A stretch of 64,000 bases of DNA from Vulcanimicrobiota bacterium. GTDB taxonomy: Bacteria; Vulcanimicrobiota; Vulcanimicrobiia; Vulcanimicrobiales; Vulcanimicrobiaceae. The notes under the pieces were generated by a model, which was given only the letters and a program-made list of their open reading frames with translations, made no database searches and had not been told where the DNA came from. The translations under genes and the position numbers were made by a program. Below are positions 41,972-50,660 of this stretch, one piece after another (position 1 is the first letter of the stretch; each line of letters begins with the position of its first letter). The stretch lies in the NCBI GenBank assembly GCA_963714015.1, contig OY970223.1, positions 1,920,001-1,984,000 of the forward strand, written 5' to 3'.

Positions 41972-43450
41972 ATGACATCTCAAATTGCAGCTATCGGAGC
42001 GGCAATCGCGTCCACCGGACGAGCGCTTCCCATTGCGGGTCAAGGGCTACGCGGTCTCGGTAAGGGACTCGAATTTGCCGGCGAGCTGGATAAGAAGCTG
42101 CAGAGCGGTTTGAGCAAACAGAGCATTCTGAATGAGATTGCAGCACTGCTTCAATCCGGAACTCCGTTAGCGTCAGTGATCGACGGCATTGCCTCGAAGC
42201 TCTCGAGCGCTTTGATCAAGGCGACGGGAAATGCCGGTGACGCAAACGCGCAAAGTACGCTCAAACGCGCGCTGGCATCAGCGTTGGCGCCTCCGGGCAC
42301 CAGTCCACCGGGCAGCGGCACCGAACAAGCCGAAGCCCTCGCGCAACAACTCACGAACATCGTGAACAGGTTGGCGGGGGTGACGAATACTGCAGGGCAG
42401 CAGAGCGAATTCCCGGGAGCAAACTTGGACGCCGAAACGGCGAGAGAAACCCCGGCCCAGCAGACGAAACCCACGACCGCCCAACCCGATCAGGGTGCCG
42501 CGGCCGCTCTTAGCGCATTCGTCGAATCGCTCTTGAACGGTGCAGCTTCCGGTGCGGCAAAGGCAGCGGCCGACGCATCGGCGGGCACGCAGCCCGCGCA
42601 AACGGCACAAACGGCCCAGTCCATTCCGCCCGCGCAACAGGCGGCATTGCCGGACTTTCTTACGCGTATGCTGACCCGAGCGGCGAACGCAGAGGCGCAA
42701 CGCGGGGGCGATACGCTTGCGGGCGCAGTGCAGCCCGGTGCCTCGTCGCACCAATCGAGCGCAACCGGTGCGCCGGTCCCATCCTCAGCGATGCTCTTCG
42801 AACGGTTGCTCGCGATCGTCGCGGAGCAGCAAATGGGTTCGCAGTCCGATGGGGACGCCAAGGATCAGCAAGATTCTTCGGGCGGCGCAGCGCCGCAAAC
42901 GCAAACCACCAACACCGCGCAGACGCCTATTGCAGCGCAGAGTGCAAGCGTACCGGCGGCATCCGCGCAACCGACGGCACAACCGGCTTCGGCCTCGTCG
43001 TACACGACGATCGACCCTCAAGCGGTCATCGAACAAATCGTCAAGGGGATCTCGCTCCAGACGACCGGCAGCACCTCACAGATACAGTTGCGTCTTCAAC
43101 CGGAGCATTTGGGCGACGTTTCGCTCAAGATCACGGTTACAGGCAACACGATCAATGCGAACCTCGTAGCGCAAAACGGGGCCGTGCGCGACGTGCTGCT
43201 CTCCAATCAACAACATCTTGCACGCTCGCTAGCCGAAGCGGGACTTTCACTCGGAAAGTTCTCGGTCGACGTCTCCGGCGGAAATGCCGGATTCACCCAG
43301 CAGCAATCGCAACAGCACGCCCGGTTCGGCCGCTCCATCACGGCCGGCGGGTCGCTGCTCTCGCAGCAAGACGAACCCTGGGAAGATCAGCGGTACGGAC
43401 CGTCGCTCGTCACGAGCGCCGGGTCGCTGGTTTTCAACTATCTGGCTTAA
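41972..43450 (+). CDS. fliK: Flagellar hook-length control protein
   Basis: Low-complexity N-terminus, LRLQPEHLGDV motif, precedes flgD. Confidence 0.88.
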   Translation: MTSQIAAIGAAIASTGRALPIAGQGLRGLGKGLEFAGELDKKLQSGLSKQSILNEIAALLQSGTPLASVIDGIASKLSSALIKATGNAGDANAQSTLKRALASALAPPGTSPPGSGTEQAEALAQQLTNIVNRLAGVTNTAGQQSEFPGANLDAETARETPAQQTKPTTAQPDQGAAAALSAFVESLLNGAASGAAKAAADASAGTQPAQTAQTAQSIPPAQQAALPDFLTRMLTRAANAEAQRGGDTLAGAVQPGASSHQSSATGAPVPSSAMLFERLLAIVAEQQMGSQSDGDAKDQQDSSGGAAPQTQTTNTAQTPIAAQSASVPAASAQPTAQPASASSYTTIDPQAVIEQIVKGISLQTTGSTSQIQLRLQPEHLGDVSLKITVTGNTINANLVAQNGAVRDVLLSNQQHLARSLAEAGLSLGKFSVDVSGGNAGFTQQQSQQHARFGRSITAGGSLLSQQDEPWEDQRYGPSLVTSAGSLVFNYLA

Positions 43451-43462
43451 GGAGAACAACAA

Positions 43463-43939
43463 ATGGCAGGCATCGGCTCCCTTCTCGGGAGCACTCAGCC
43501 GACGACGAGCGTCTCGAATTCTTCGACGCTGGGATCGGCCGCAAATCAACAGTTGGGAGCGAACGAGTTCCTTCAGCTGCTTACCACGGAGCTGCAAAAC
43601 CAAGACCCGACGCAGCCGGTCGACGACACGCAATCCGTCGCCCAACTCGCACAGTTCTCGGCATTGCAGGCAACCGACGAACTCAATCAGTCGTTCCAAA
43701 ACTTCCAGTCGAACTTCGGCGTACTGCAGGCCAGCACGCTCATCGGTAAATCCGTGAGTGTCGAGGTTTCCAACTCTTCCACCGGAAACTCGTCGAGCAT
43801 CTCGGGTACCGTCACGGGGATTCAAGTACAGAACGGTCAACCGTATTTTACGATGAACAACTCGTCAGGACAGCCGATCGACGGCGCCAACGGTCAGCCC
43901 GAACTGTTTTCGACCTCGCAAATCGTTCAGATAGGATAA
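43463..43939 (+). CDS. flgD: Hook capping protein
   Basis: FLQLLTTELQNQDPTQP..AQLAQFS. Confidence 0.95.
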   Translation: MAGIGSLLGSTQPTTSVSNSSTLGSAANQQLGANEFLQLLTTELQNQDPTQPVDDTQSVAQLAQFSALQATDELNQSFQNFQSNFGVLQASTLIGKSVSVEVSNSSTGNSSSISGTVTGIQVQNGQPYFTMNNSSGQPIDGANGQPELFSTSQIVQIG

Positions 43940-43943
43940 GGGT

Positions 43944-44357
43944 GTGGACTCCAAGGATTTGAACGCCGTCAACCGCAGCACTCCGGGAATCATTCCGGGG
44001 CCGGCGCCGCGTCCCGCGGGCACGCCCGTCCAGATTCCGCCGACTTCGGGGCAGAGTTTCCGTTCGCTCCTCGAGCAGCAGCAGGGCGCGACGGCGGCGC
44101 AGCCGCTCAAATTCTCGGCGCACGCGATGCAGCGTCTGCAGTCGCGCAACATTCAGCTCAGTCAGGACGACATCTCGCGCATGAACGTGATGGCCGACAA
44201 GGCGGCGCAAAAGGGCGCGAAACAGTCGCTCTTCATGATGCGGGACGTTGCCATGGTGGTCAGCATTACCAACAGAACAGTCATAACCGCGGTCGATCAA
44301 GATTCGATGAAAGAAAACGTCTTCACGAACATTGACAGCGCGGCCGTCATCAACTAA
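43944..44357 (+). CDS. Flagellar operon protein, TIGR02530-like
   Basis: LKFSAHAMQRL..RTVITA..ENVFTNIDSAV. Confidence 0.9.
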   Translation: MDSKDLNAVNRSTPGIIPGPAPRPAGTPVQIPPTSGQSFRSLLEQQQGATAAQPLKFSAHAMQRLQSRNIQLSQDDISRMNVMADKAAQKGAKQSLFMMRDVAMVVSITNRTVITAVDQDSMKENVFTNIDSAAVIN

Positions 44358-44373
44358 CGACAAATCATCTCTC

Positions 44374-44430
44374 TCGAGGTGGACCGCTGGGCGGAGCCTC
44401 GACGCGGCGCGGACCGACAGACGCGCTGCG
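44374..44430 (+). promoter_or_regulatory. Twin GGACC hairpin motif in the flgE leader
   Basis: TCGAGGT-GGACCGCTGGGCGGA-GCCTCGA and CGCGGCGC-GGACCGACAGAC-GCGCTGCG. Confidence 0.6.
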
Positions 44431-44454
44431 AACCGCTAGGAAAGGTCAACAACC

Positions 44455-46233
44455 ATGGGATTCATGAACTCGATGTACACCGGGATCTCCGGTATGAATG
44501 CGTATCAAACGCAGATCGACCAGATCTCCAACGACATCGCCAATGTTGGGACGACCGGCTATAAGGGCCAGGACATGACGTTCTCCGACATGTTTTATCA
44601 AAACACCGGCTTTGCCAGCGGCCCAAGCCAAACGTTGGGCGGCGTTAATCCTCAGCAGATCGGCCTGGGCGTCAAGGTGGCCGACATCTCGACGAACTTC
44701 TCGCAGGGCGGCTTCGACACGACCGGCGTCAACACGAACCTCGCAGTCAACGGCGACGGGTTCTTCGTGCTGGGTAACACCGACGGCAGCGGAATTCCGA
44801 CGTACACGCGCGACGGGAACTTCTCGCTCAACTCGAACGGCCTGCTTTACGATCCGGCAACGGGCTTGGCGGTCCAAGGATACATGGCCAATTCGCAAGG
44901 CGTGGTGCAAGCGAACGGACAGCTCGGAAACATCACGGTGCCGATCGGTTTGACCTCGCAAGCGACCGCAACGGGATCCGGCGCCAAGGTCGGCCCCTCC
45001 GGCGATAACGTCTTCGACGTGCAGATGGGCGGAAATCTGGATCAGAGCCAGTGGCAGCTCGAAGAGCAAGGCATCATCAACGGCAACGGCCCCGGCCAGG
45101 GTCAGAGCGACACGATCTCCACGACGATTTACGACTCGCTCGGCAACGCGCACCAAGCGTACATCACGTATGTTCCCGATGCGACCGGTGCGACGCCCGC
45201 AGCAGTTGCGAGCGCCGGTGCGGCCGACACGTCGGGCGCCGTAACCGTTGCGACCGGCACGCCGCAGAACGACATCATCACGGTCACGGCTAACGCCGCG
45301 GGAACGCAGGCGACCATTACCGACACGAACGGCTTCAATCAAACGTTCAACGCCGGGCAGCAGGTTACAGTGGGCGGCGCAACGTTCACTTTGGCCACTC
45401 CGCTTCCGTCCAACGGTGTGCAGACGATTACCGTTACCGGCGCGACCACCGGTCTTCCGGCGAGCGTAAACAATTCTCAAGGCAGTGCCGTCACACCGTC
45501 AACGCGTTGGAAGGAAGAGGTTTACTTTACCGACGGTACGATGGTCAACGGCCAGCCGGCGACGTCTTCGAGCCCGGCAACGCTAGGCTACGCCTACTAC
45601 GATCAAAACGGCCAGTTCATCAACACCTCGAGCAGCCTGGGCGTTCCGGGTACGGCTCTGACGACGAACCTGCATAAGGCAGGGGCGCAACCGTCCACCG
45701 CAGCGGGCGACGCGCTCAGCATTACGAACTGGGGCATCGCGAACGGCAATCAGCCGGCGCCTGCGACGATTGGTTTGGATTTCGCGGACGTGACCTCGCT
45801 GGGAGCGACCAGCGCCAGCGGCAGCGGCTACACCGCTACAGTGGTAACGCAGAACGGTTATCCGGCCGGCACGCTCTCGAACATCACGGTCGGCCAAGAC
45901 GGCTCGATCACGGGCGCGTTCACGAACGGTCAGAACAAGACGATCGGTCAAGTAGCGCTCGCGACGTTCCAAAATGAAGGTGGTCTGCAGCGCGTCGGTT
46001 CCAACGGGTTCGAGGCGACTGCGGCTTCGGGTCTCGCGCAGGTCGGTTCGGCCGCCGCCGGACGTTTCGGCACGATCGAATCGGGTCAGTTGGAAGAGTC
46101 CAATGTTTCGCTCGCCGACGAGTTCACGAAGATGATCGTCGCGCAGCGCGCCTTCGAAGCGAATACGCGCGGAATCGACACCGCCGACCAGAACATGCAA
46201 GACGTTCTCGCCATCCGCGGCAGCGAGAACTAA
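44455..46233 (+). CDS. flgE: Flagellar hook protein
   Basis: SMYTGISG..NDIANVGTTGYK, YTRDGNF, LEESNVSLADEFT..QRAFEAN. Confidence 0.96.
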   Translation: MGFMNSMYTGISGMNAYQTQIDQISNDIANVGTTGYKGQDMTFSDMFYQNTGFASGPSQTLGGVNPQQIGLGVKVADISTNFSQGGFDTTGVNTNLAVNGDGFFVLGNTDGSGIPTYTRDGNFSLNSNGLLYDPATGLAVQGYMANSQGVVQANGQLGNITVPIGLTSQATATGSGAKVGPSGDNVFDVQMGGNLDQSQWQLEEQGIINGNGPGQGQSDTISTTIYDSLGNAHQAYITYVPDATGATPAAVASAGAADTSGAVTVATGTPQNDIITVTANAAGTQATITDTNGFNQTFNAGQQVTVGGATFTLATPLPSNGVQTITVTGATTGLPASVNNSQGSAVTPSTRWKEEVYFTDGTMVNGQPATSSSPATLGYAYYDQNGQFINTSSSLGVPGTALTTNLHKAGAQPSTAAGDALSITNWGIANGNQPAPATIGLDFADVTSLGATSASGSGYTATVVTQNGYPAGTLSNITVGQDGSITGAFTNGQNKTIGQVALATFQNEGGLQRVGSNGFEATAASGLAQVGSAAAGRFGTIESGQLEESNVSLADEFTKMIVAQRAFEANTRGIDTADQNMQDVLAIRGSEN

Positions 46234-46387
46234 TCCGTAGCCTTTTACTCAACGCGCGCAACGACACGGAGGTCGTACCTGTGGGCCGGGCGGGGAACCG
46301 CTCGGCCTTCAGCGTAACCAATCATCGCGGCAGCGTCGGGGAGGTGATGGTTTGATCGAATCTACACGCGCCATGAGGAAAATGGGG

Positions 46388-46440
46388 GCCCCATCGGTTA
46401 CGATGGGGGGCGCGCAGGCAAGGCCGGAGCGCCTTTTAAC
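46388..46440 (+). repeat. Dispersed two-hairpin element, copy 4 (before flbD)
   Basis: CCCCATCG-GTTA-CGATGGGG GGCGC-GCA-GGCAAGGCC-GGA-GCGCC-TTTTAAC-GTG. Confidence 0.8.
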
Positions 46441-46635
46441 GTGATTCAGCTTCTGCGGCTCAATGGGCAGCCCATCATGGTGAACGCGGATTTGATTGAA
46501 TCGGTGGAGACCACGCCGGACACGGTGATCACGCTGGTCAGCGGCAACAAGCTCATCGTGCGCGACTCGATGGAGACGATTCAGGCCCGCATCATCGAGT
46601 TCAAACGAAAAATTTACGGTTCCCCGAGCGCTTGA
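46441..46635 (+). CDS. flbD: Flagellar protein FlbD/SwrD
   Basis: MIQLLRLNG..NADLIE..TPDTVITL..G. Confidence 0.93.
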   Translation: MIQLLRLNGQPIMVNADLIESVETTPDTVITLVSGNKLIVRDSMETIQARIIEFKRKIYGSPSA

Positions 46636-46654
46636 TCGCGCTCGATCCCCAGCC

Positions 46655-46718
46655 GTTTTAACGGGCGCTCCATCATCCGCAGGTCGGCGCCGCCCGACGG
46701 CAAAGCCGCCGGGTCCCC
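46655..46718 (-). repeat. Dispersed two-hairpin element, copy 5 (inverted, after flbD)
   Basis: Minus strand reads CCCGGCGGC-TTT-GCCGTCGGG C GGCGC-CGA...GGA-GCGCC-CGTTAAAAC. Confidence 0.65.
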
Positions 46719-46748
46719 GCATCTCCTGCCGTTAGAGCGTAACGCCAT

Positions 46749-46775
46749 TTAAGGTTGGCCCGGTCCCGCCGATAC
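46749..46775 (+). promoter_or_regulatory. Sigma28 promoter for motAB
   Basis: TTAAG..GCCGATAC, 8 nt before ATG 46784. Confidence 0.65.
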
Positions 46776-46783
46776 AGTTAGGG

Positions 46784-47620
46784 ATGGACTTCGCCACTCT
46801 GCTCGGCCTCATTATAGCTTTTGGGGCTATCTTCATTGCCGGCTGGGTCGGCCACACGGATGCGCACGTGCTTTTCGGACGCTGGGAGGCGATCCTATTG
46901 ATCGTCGGCGGCACCATCGGCGCCACGATGACGTCCTTCCCGCTGCGCACGTTCACCAAAGGGTTTTTCGGCGGGTTCAAAACGGCGTTCACCGAGCCGG
47001 TATATCACGAGCGCGACGTTATCGCCACGCTTGTTTCCTTTGCGGAGAAAGCTCGGCGCGAAGGTTTGCTCGCGCTCGAAAACGAGGCGGCGGCGCTGGA
47101 AGACGACTTCATGCGCAAAGGCATCCAACTCGTCATCGACGGCCGCGACACCGACGTCATCCGGAAAGTTCTGGAAACGGAAGTCAGCTACGTGCAGGAA
47201 AAAGGCACCAAGGCTGAAGCCGTGTTCACGAATCTTGGCGGGTACTCTCCCACGCTGGGCATCATCGGAACGGTTCTTGGTCTAATCGGCATGCTCAAAG
47301 GCCTTGCCGGCATGGGCGGAAGTTCGAATGTCGCCGGCGGCATCGGCACCGCTACCGCGCAAGCTTTCGTGGCGACTTTTTACGGCATCATGTTCGCAAA
47401 TCTGCTGTGGCTTCCGCTCGCGAACAAGATCAAAGAACGTTCCGGCCAGCTGCTGCTGCTGCGAGAGATCATGATTGAGGGCATTCTCTCGATCCAGGCC
47501 GGGGACAATCCGCGTCTGCTCGAGGAGCGTCTGCACGCCTTCCTCGATCCGCAAGAGCGCGAAACCGAGATCGAAGAAGGCGGAGCCGTCGCGGAGCAGC
47601 CCAGCTACTCCCCAACGTAG
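46784..47620 (+). CDS. motA: Flagellar stator protein A
   Basis: KARREGLLALE, PTLGIIGTVLGLI, ATFYG. Confidence 0.96.
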   Translation: MDFATLLGLIIAFGAIFIAGWVGHTDAHVLFGRWEAILLIVGGTIGATMTSFPLRTFTKGFFGGFKTAFTEPVYHERDVIATLVSFAEKARREGLLALENEAAALEDDFMRKGIQLVIDGRDTDVIRKVLETEVSYVQEKGTKAEAVFTNLGGYSPTLGIIGTVLGLIGMLKGLAGMGGSSNVAGGIGTATAQAFVATFYGIMFANLLWLPLANKIKERSGQLLLLREIMIEGILSIQAGDNPRLLEERLHAFLDPQERETEIEEGGAVAEQPSYSPT

Positions 47621-47628
47621 CGACATTC

Positions 47629-48396
47629 ATGAGCCAGCCGATTAAGACGGCCGCGCGCGCCGCCGAAAGCAAGTTCCGCAAGAAGACCGAGGACACCAAG
47701 GTCGAGACGGCCGGCATGATGCGCTGGCTGCTTACCTATGCGGACATGATCACCCTCATGCTGGCGCTCTTCATCATCCTCTTCGCGATGTCGAGCATCA
47801 ACCGCGTAAAGTTTCAGGAATTCGCGCACGACGTCTCCGGCGGATTCGACAACGAGTGGGCGGTCAACCAACCGCCGAACGGCGGGCAGAACGGCACGGA
47901 GCCGTTTTATTCAAATTCGAACATTCCCGCGATCCAGCGTGACCTTCAGCGCTATGTGGTGCGCAACCACCTCCAGGACCGCATGCAAGTCGAGATGAGC
48001 AAGCGGGGCCTGGTCATCACTTTACTCTCCGATAACAGTTACTACGATTCGGGCAGCGCGCAGTTGCGGCCCGAGACTAAGAAAATTCTCGATGAAGTCG
48101 ATGCTTTCTTAAGAAAGAACGACAACCTCATTCGCGTCGAGGGCAACACGGACAACGTGCCCATTGCTACGGCAGATTATCCGAGCAACTGGGAACTGTC
48201 CACGGCGCGTGCCGTCAACGTCGTGCGGTATCTGGTGGAGCAAGACCACGTGGATCCCGAACGAATCTCGGCGGCGGGATATGGACAGTATCATCCACGG
48301 ACGGATAACAGTACGCCGGAGAAGCGGCAGCAAAATCGCCGGGTCGACATCGTACTGCTCAATGCCAACCTCTCACGAGCCGAAAAGGGGCAGTAG
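47629..48396 (+). CDS. motB: Flagellar stator protein B
   Basis: WLLTYADMITL and OmpA-like NWELSTARA..NRRVDI. Confidence 0.96.
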   Translation: MSQPIKTAARAAESKFRKKTEDTKVETAGMMRWLLTYADMITLMLALFIILFAMSSINRVKFQEFAHDVSGGFDNEWAVNQPPNGGQNGTEPFYSNSNIPAIQRDLQRYVVRNHLQDRMQVEMSKRGLVITLLSDNSYYDSGSAQLRPETKKILDEVDAFLRKNDNLIRVEGNTDNVPIATADYPSNWELSTARAVNVVRYLVEQDHVDPERISAAGYGQYHPRTDNSTPEKRQQNRRVDIVLLNANLSRAEKGQ

Positions 48397-48402
48397 TCCG
48401 TC

Positions 48403-49395
48403 ATGTCCAGTCTCTCGCAAGAAGAAATCGATGCGCTCATAAATCAACTTGCCACCGAGCCCGCGGCGCGCGACGCCGCTCTCGAAGACAAGAAGATCAA
48501 GTCATTCGATTTCCGTTTCAACAAGCGTCTCGACAAGTTCTCCAACAACCAGCTCCAAACGCTTCGCACGCTCCACGAGAACTTTACCCGCCTGCTGAAC
48601 AACTCGCTCTCCGTCTATCTGCGCACCCGCGTGGAGGCAACGATCGTCTCGATCGAGCAGATCAGTTACGGCGATTTTATCGCGTCGATCGGCATCCCGT
48701 CCATCCTGTCGATCTTCTCGATGGACCCGCTTCCGGGAAGCGGCATCGTTCAGGTCGATCTCAATTTGGTCTTCTCGATCATCGATCGTCTGCTGGGCGG
48801 CCCGGGATGGTTTCCGCAGAAACTTCGCGATTTGACCGACATCGAGCGCACGCTTATGCAACGGTTCATGGCGCGCATGCTGAACAGCTACCGCGAATCC
48901 TGGAACTACTTGCTGACGCTCTCGCTCAAGATCGAGGCGCTCGACTCCAATCCGCAGTTCATTCCGCGCATCATTCCGCTCGACCAAATCGTCGCGTACG
49001 TTTCGATGGAGCTGAAGGTCGGCGAGATGACCGGAGTCATGAACTTCTGTCTGCCGTATCTCGTGCTGCAGTCCATCAGTACGCAGCTTACCGATTTTCA
49101 ATGGTCGCCGACGGTCATCGCGGGCCGGGGCATGACCGAACAAGATATTCAGCAACTCGCGCGCAACGTCGAGCGCGCGCCGGTAGACGTTCAGGTCGAG
49201 CTCGGAAAGACGATGGTTTCGCTGCGTGACCTCGTCGCGCTGCAGCCGGGTGACGTCATTCTGTTCGACAAACCCACGGATGCGCCGCTGGTCGCCCGAA
49301 TCAACGAACGCGAGAAGTTTCGCGTCTATCCCGGAGTGCACAAAGACCGCCTGTCCGTGCAAGTTGCCGACGTCATCGAAAATGAGGATCAATAA
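48403..49395 (+). CDS. fliM: Motor switch protein
   Basis: LSQEEIDAL, LHENFTR, IDRLLGG, C-terminal SpoA domain. Confidence 0.95.
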   Translation: MSSLSQEEIDALINQLATEPAARDAALEDKKIKSFDFRFNKRLDKFSNNQLQTLRTLHENFTRLLNNSLSVYLRTRVEATIVSIEQISYGDFIASIGIPSILSIFSMDPLPGSGIVQVDLNLVFSIIDRLLGGPGWFPQKLRDLTDIERTLMQRFMARMLNSYRESWNYLLTLSLKIEALDSNPQFIPRIIPLDQIVAYVSMELKVGEMTGVMNFCLPYLVLQSISTQLTDFQWSPTVIAGRGMTEQDIQQLARNVERAPVDVQVELGKTMVSLRDLVALQPGDVILFDKPTDAPLVARINEREKFRVYPGVHKDRLSVQVADVIENEDQ

Positions 49396-49400
49396 GCGCC

Positions 49401-50297
49401 ATGGCCGACATTCAACAACTCACTAACACTATGCTGGGGGCCGCCGGCGCCGTTTTGGGACGCCTCGTGGACCAGCCGATAACCGCAAGCGCCGCATCCC
49501 GCAACGATCACGAAGGCTCGATCAAGATCGATGCCGGCGAGCTCGTCACGTGTGCCGATGTTCCTTCGCTCGGGCTCAAAGTCGTCGTGCGTTTCTCCAG
49601 CGCCGACGTGGCGCAGGTCGTCAATCTCATGCTCGGCGGCGGAGACGACGGTGCCGAGATGGGCGCAATGCAACTCTCCATCGTTTCCGAAACGGTCACG
49701 CAAATCGCCGGCGCAATGGCCGAGGAACTGGCCAAAGGGCTGAACGTCGATTGGTCGGGCATTCGCGCGGACCTTTGCACCGACGCGACCAACTTGCCGC
49801 CGCCGCCGTTTGCTTCTTACGAAGGAACCGTTCAAGTCGGCGCCGATGTTGCAGCGCGCGTAGCCATAGATTTCGACGGCATCGCGGTCTCAAAGATCGG
49901 CGGCGCGGGCGCTGCGCCCGAACCTGGACCGCCGGCGCCCCGCGTCGCACCAGCATCGCCCCCGGCACCAGCACGCCGTCAGGCTCCTGCGCCGGCTGCG
50001 CAGCCCGTTTCGTTTGCGCCGATGGCGCCGACGGCGGCGCGGGCTCCGCTGGGCGGAAATAACTTGGATCTCGTTCACGACGTGCCGCTGCAGATCAGCG
50101 CGGTGCTCGGAAAGACGGCTCTGACATTGCGCGACGTCGTGACCCTTTCGTCCGGCAGCGTCTTCGAGCTCGACAAGCTCTCGACGGATCCAATCGACTT
50201 GTACGTGAACAACATCCTGATCGCCCGCGGAGAGGTCGTCGTCGTAGACGACAAATTCGCGGTGAAGATCAGCGAGCTGAACCCGAGCGTCGAGTAA
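49401..50297 (+). CDS. fliN: FliN/FliY-like switch protein with extended N-terminus
   Basis: C-terminal NLDLVHDVPL..ARGEVVVVDDKFAVKI. Confidence 0.85.
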   Translation: MADIQQLTNTMLGAAGAVLGRLVDQPITASAASRNDHEGSIKIDAGELVTCADVPSLGLKVVVRFSSADVAQVVNLMLGGGDDGAEMGAMQLSIVSETVTQIAGAMAEELAKGLNVDWSGIRADLCTDATNLPPPPFASYEGTVQVGADVAARVAIDFDGIAVSKIGGAGAAPEPGPPAPRVAPASPPAPARRQAPAPAAQPVSFAPMAPTAARAPLGGNNLDLVHDVPLQISAVLGKTALTLRDVVTLSSGSVFELDKLSTDPIDLYVNNILIARGEVVVVDDKFAVKISELNPSVE

Positions 50298-50303
50298 CCG
50301 CTG

Positions 50304-50654
50304 ATGGGTTTTGCCGGCCAGTATATCCTGGCTTTGCTTGTAGTTGCCCTCATGCTGTTCGGGCTGTACAGCGTGGTAAGAGCACTTGGCCGCGGCCGCT
50401 TGGTGACGTCGACGGACCGACGCCTCATCACGGTCGTAGAATCGACGTTTCTCGCTCAGAACACGACGCTGCACGTCGTGAAGGCGGGCGAACGTTACTT
50501 CCTAATCGGCGGCGGCAGCGGCCACGTCTCGAACCTGGCGGAAGTTCCCGCAGGACAGGTCGAGCCTTGGCTGCAGGAACAACGGAATCTGTTCGCTGCG
50601 CAAACGCAGTCCATCGCCGGCTTCCTCAAACAACTGCGCAAGCCGCAAACGTAG
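50304..50654 (+). CDS. fliO: Flagellar biosynthesis protein
   Basis: TM followed by VVES..L..LHVV...FLIG. Lies between fliN and fliP. Confidence 0.8.
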   Translation: MGFAGQYILALLVVALMLFGLYSVVRALGRGRLVTSTDRRLITVVESTFLAQNTTLHVVKAGERYFLIGGGSGHVSNLAEVPAGQVEPWLQEQRNLFAAQTQSIAGFLKQLRKPQT

Positions 50655-50660
50655 AATAAC

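Noticed and set aside
46690..46725. c-di-GMP-I riboswitch before motA (GACGGCAAAGCC..GGGTC)
   Set aside because: Lacks the GGCAAAC/GNRA P2 architecture, lies upstream of the sigma28 promoter, and is better explained as the inverted dispersed element.
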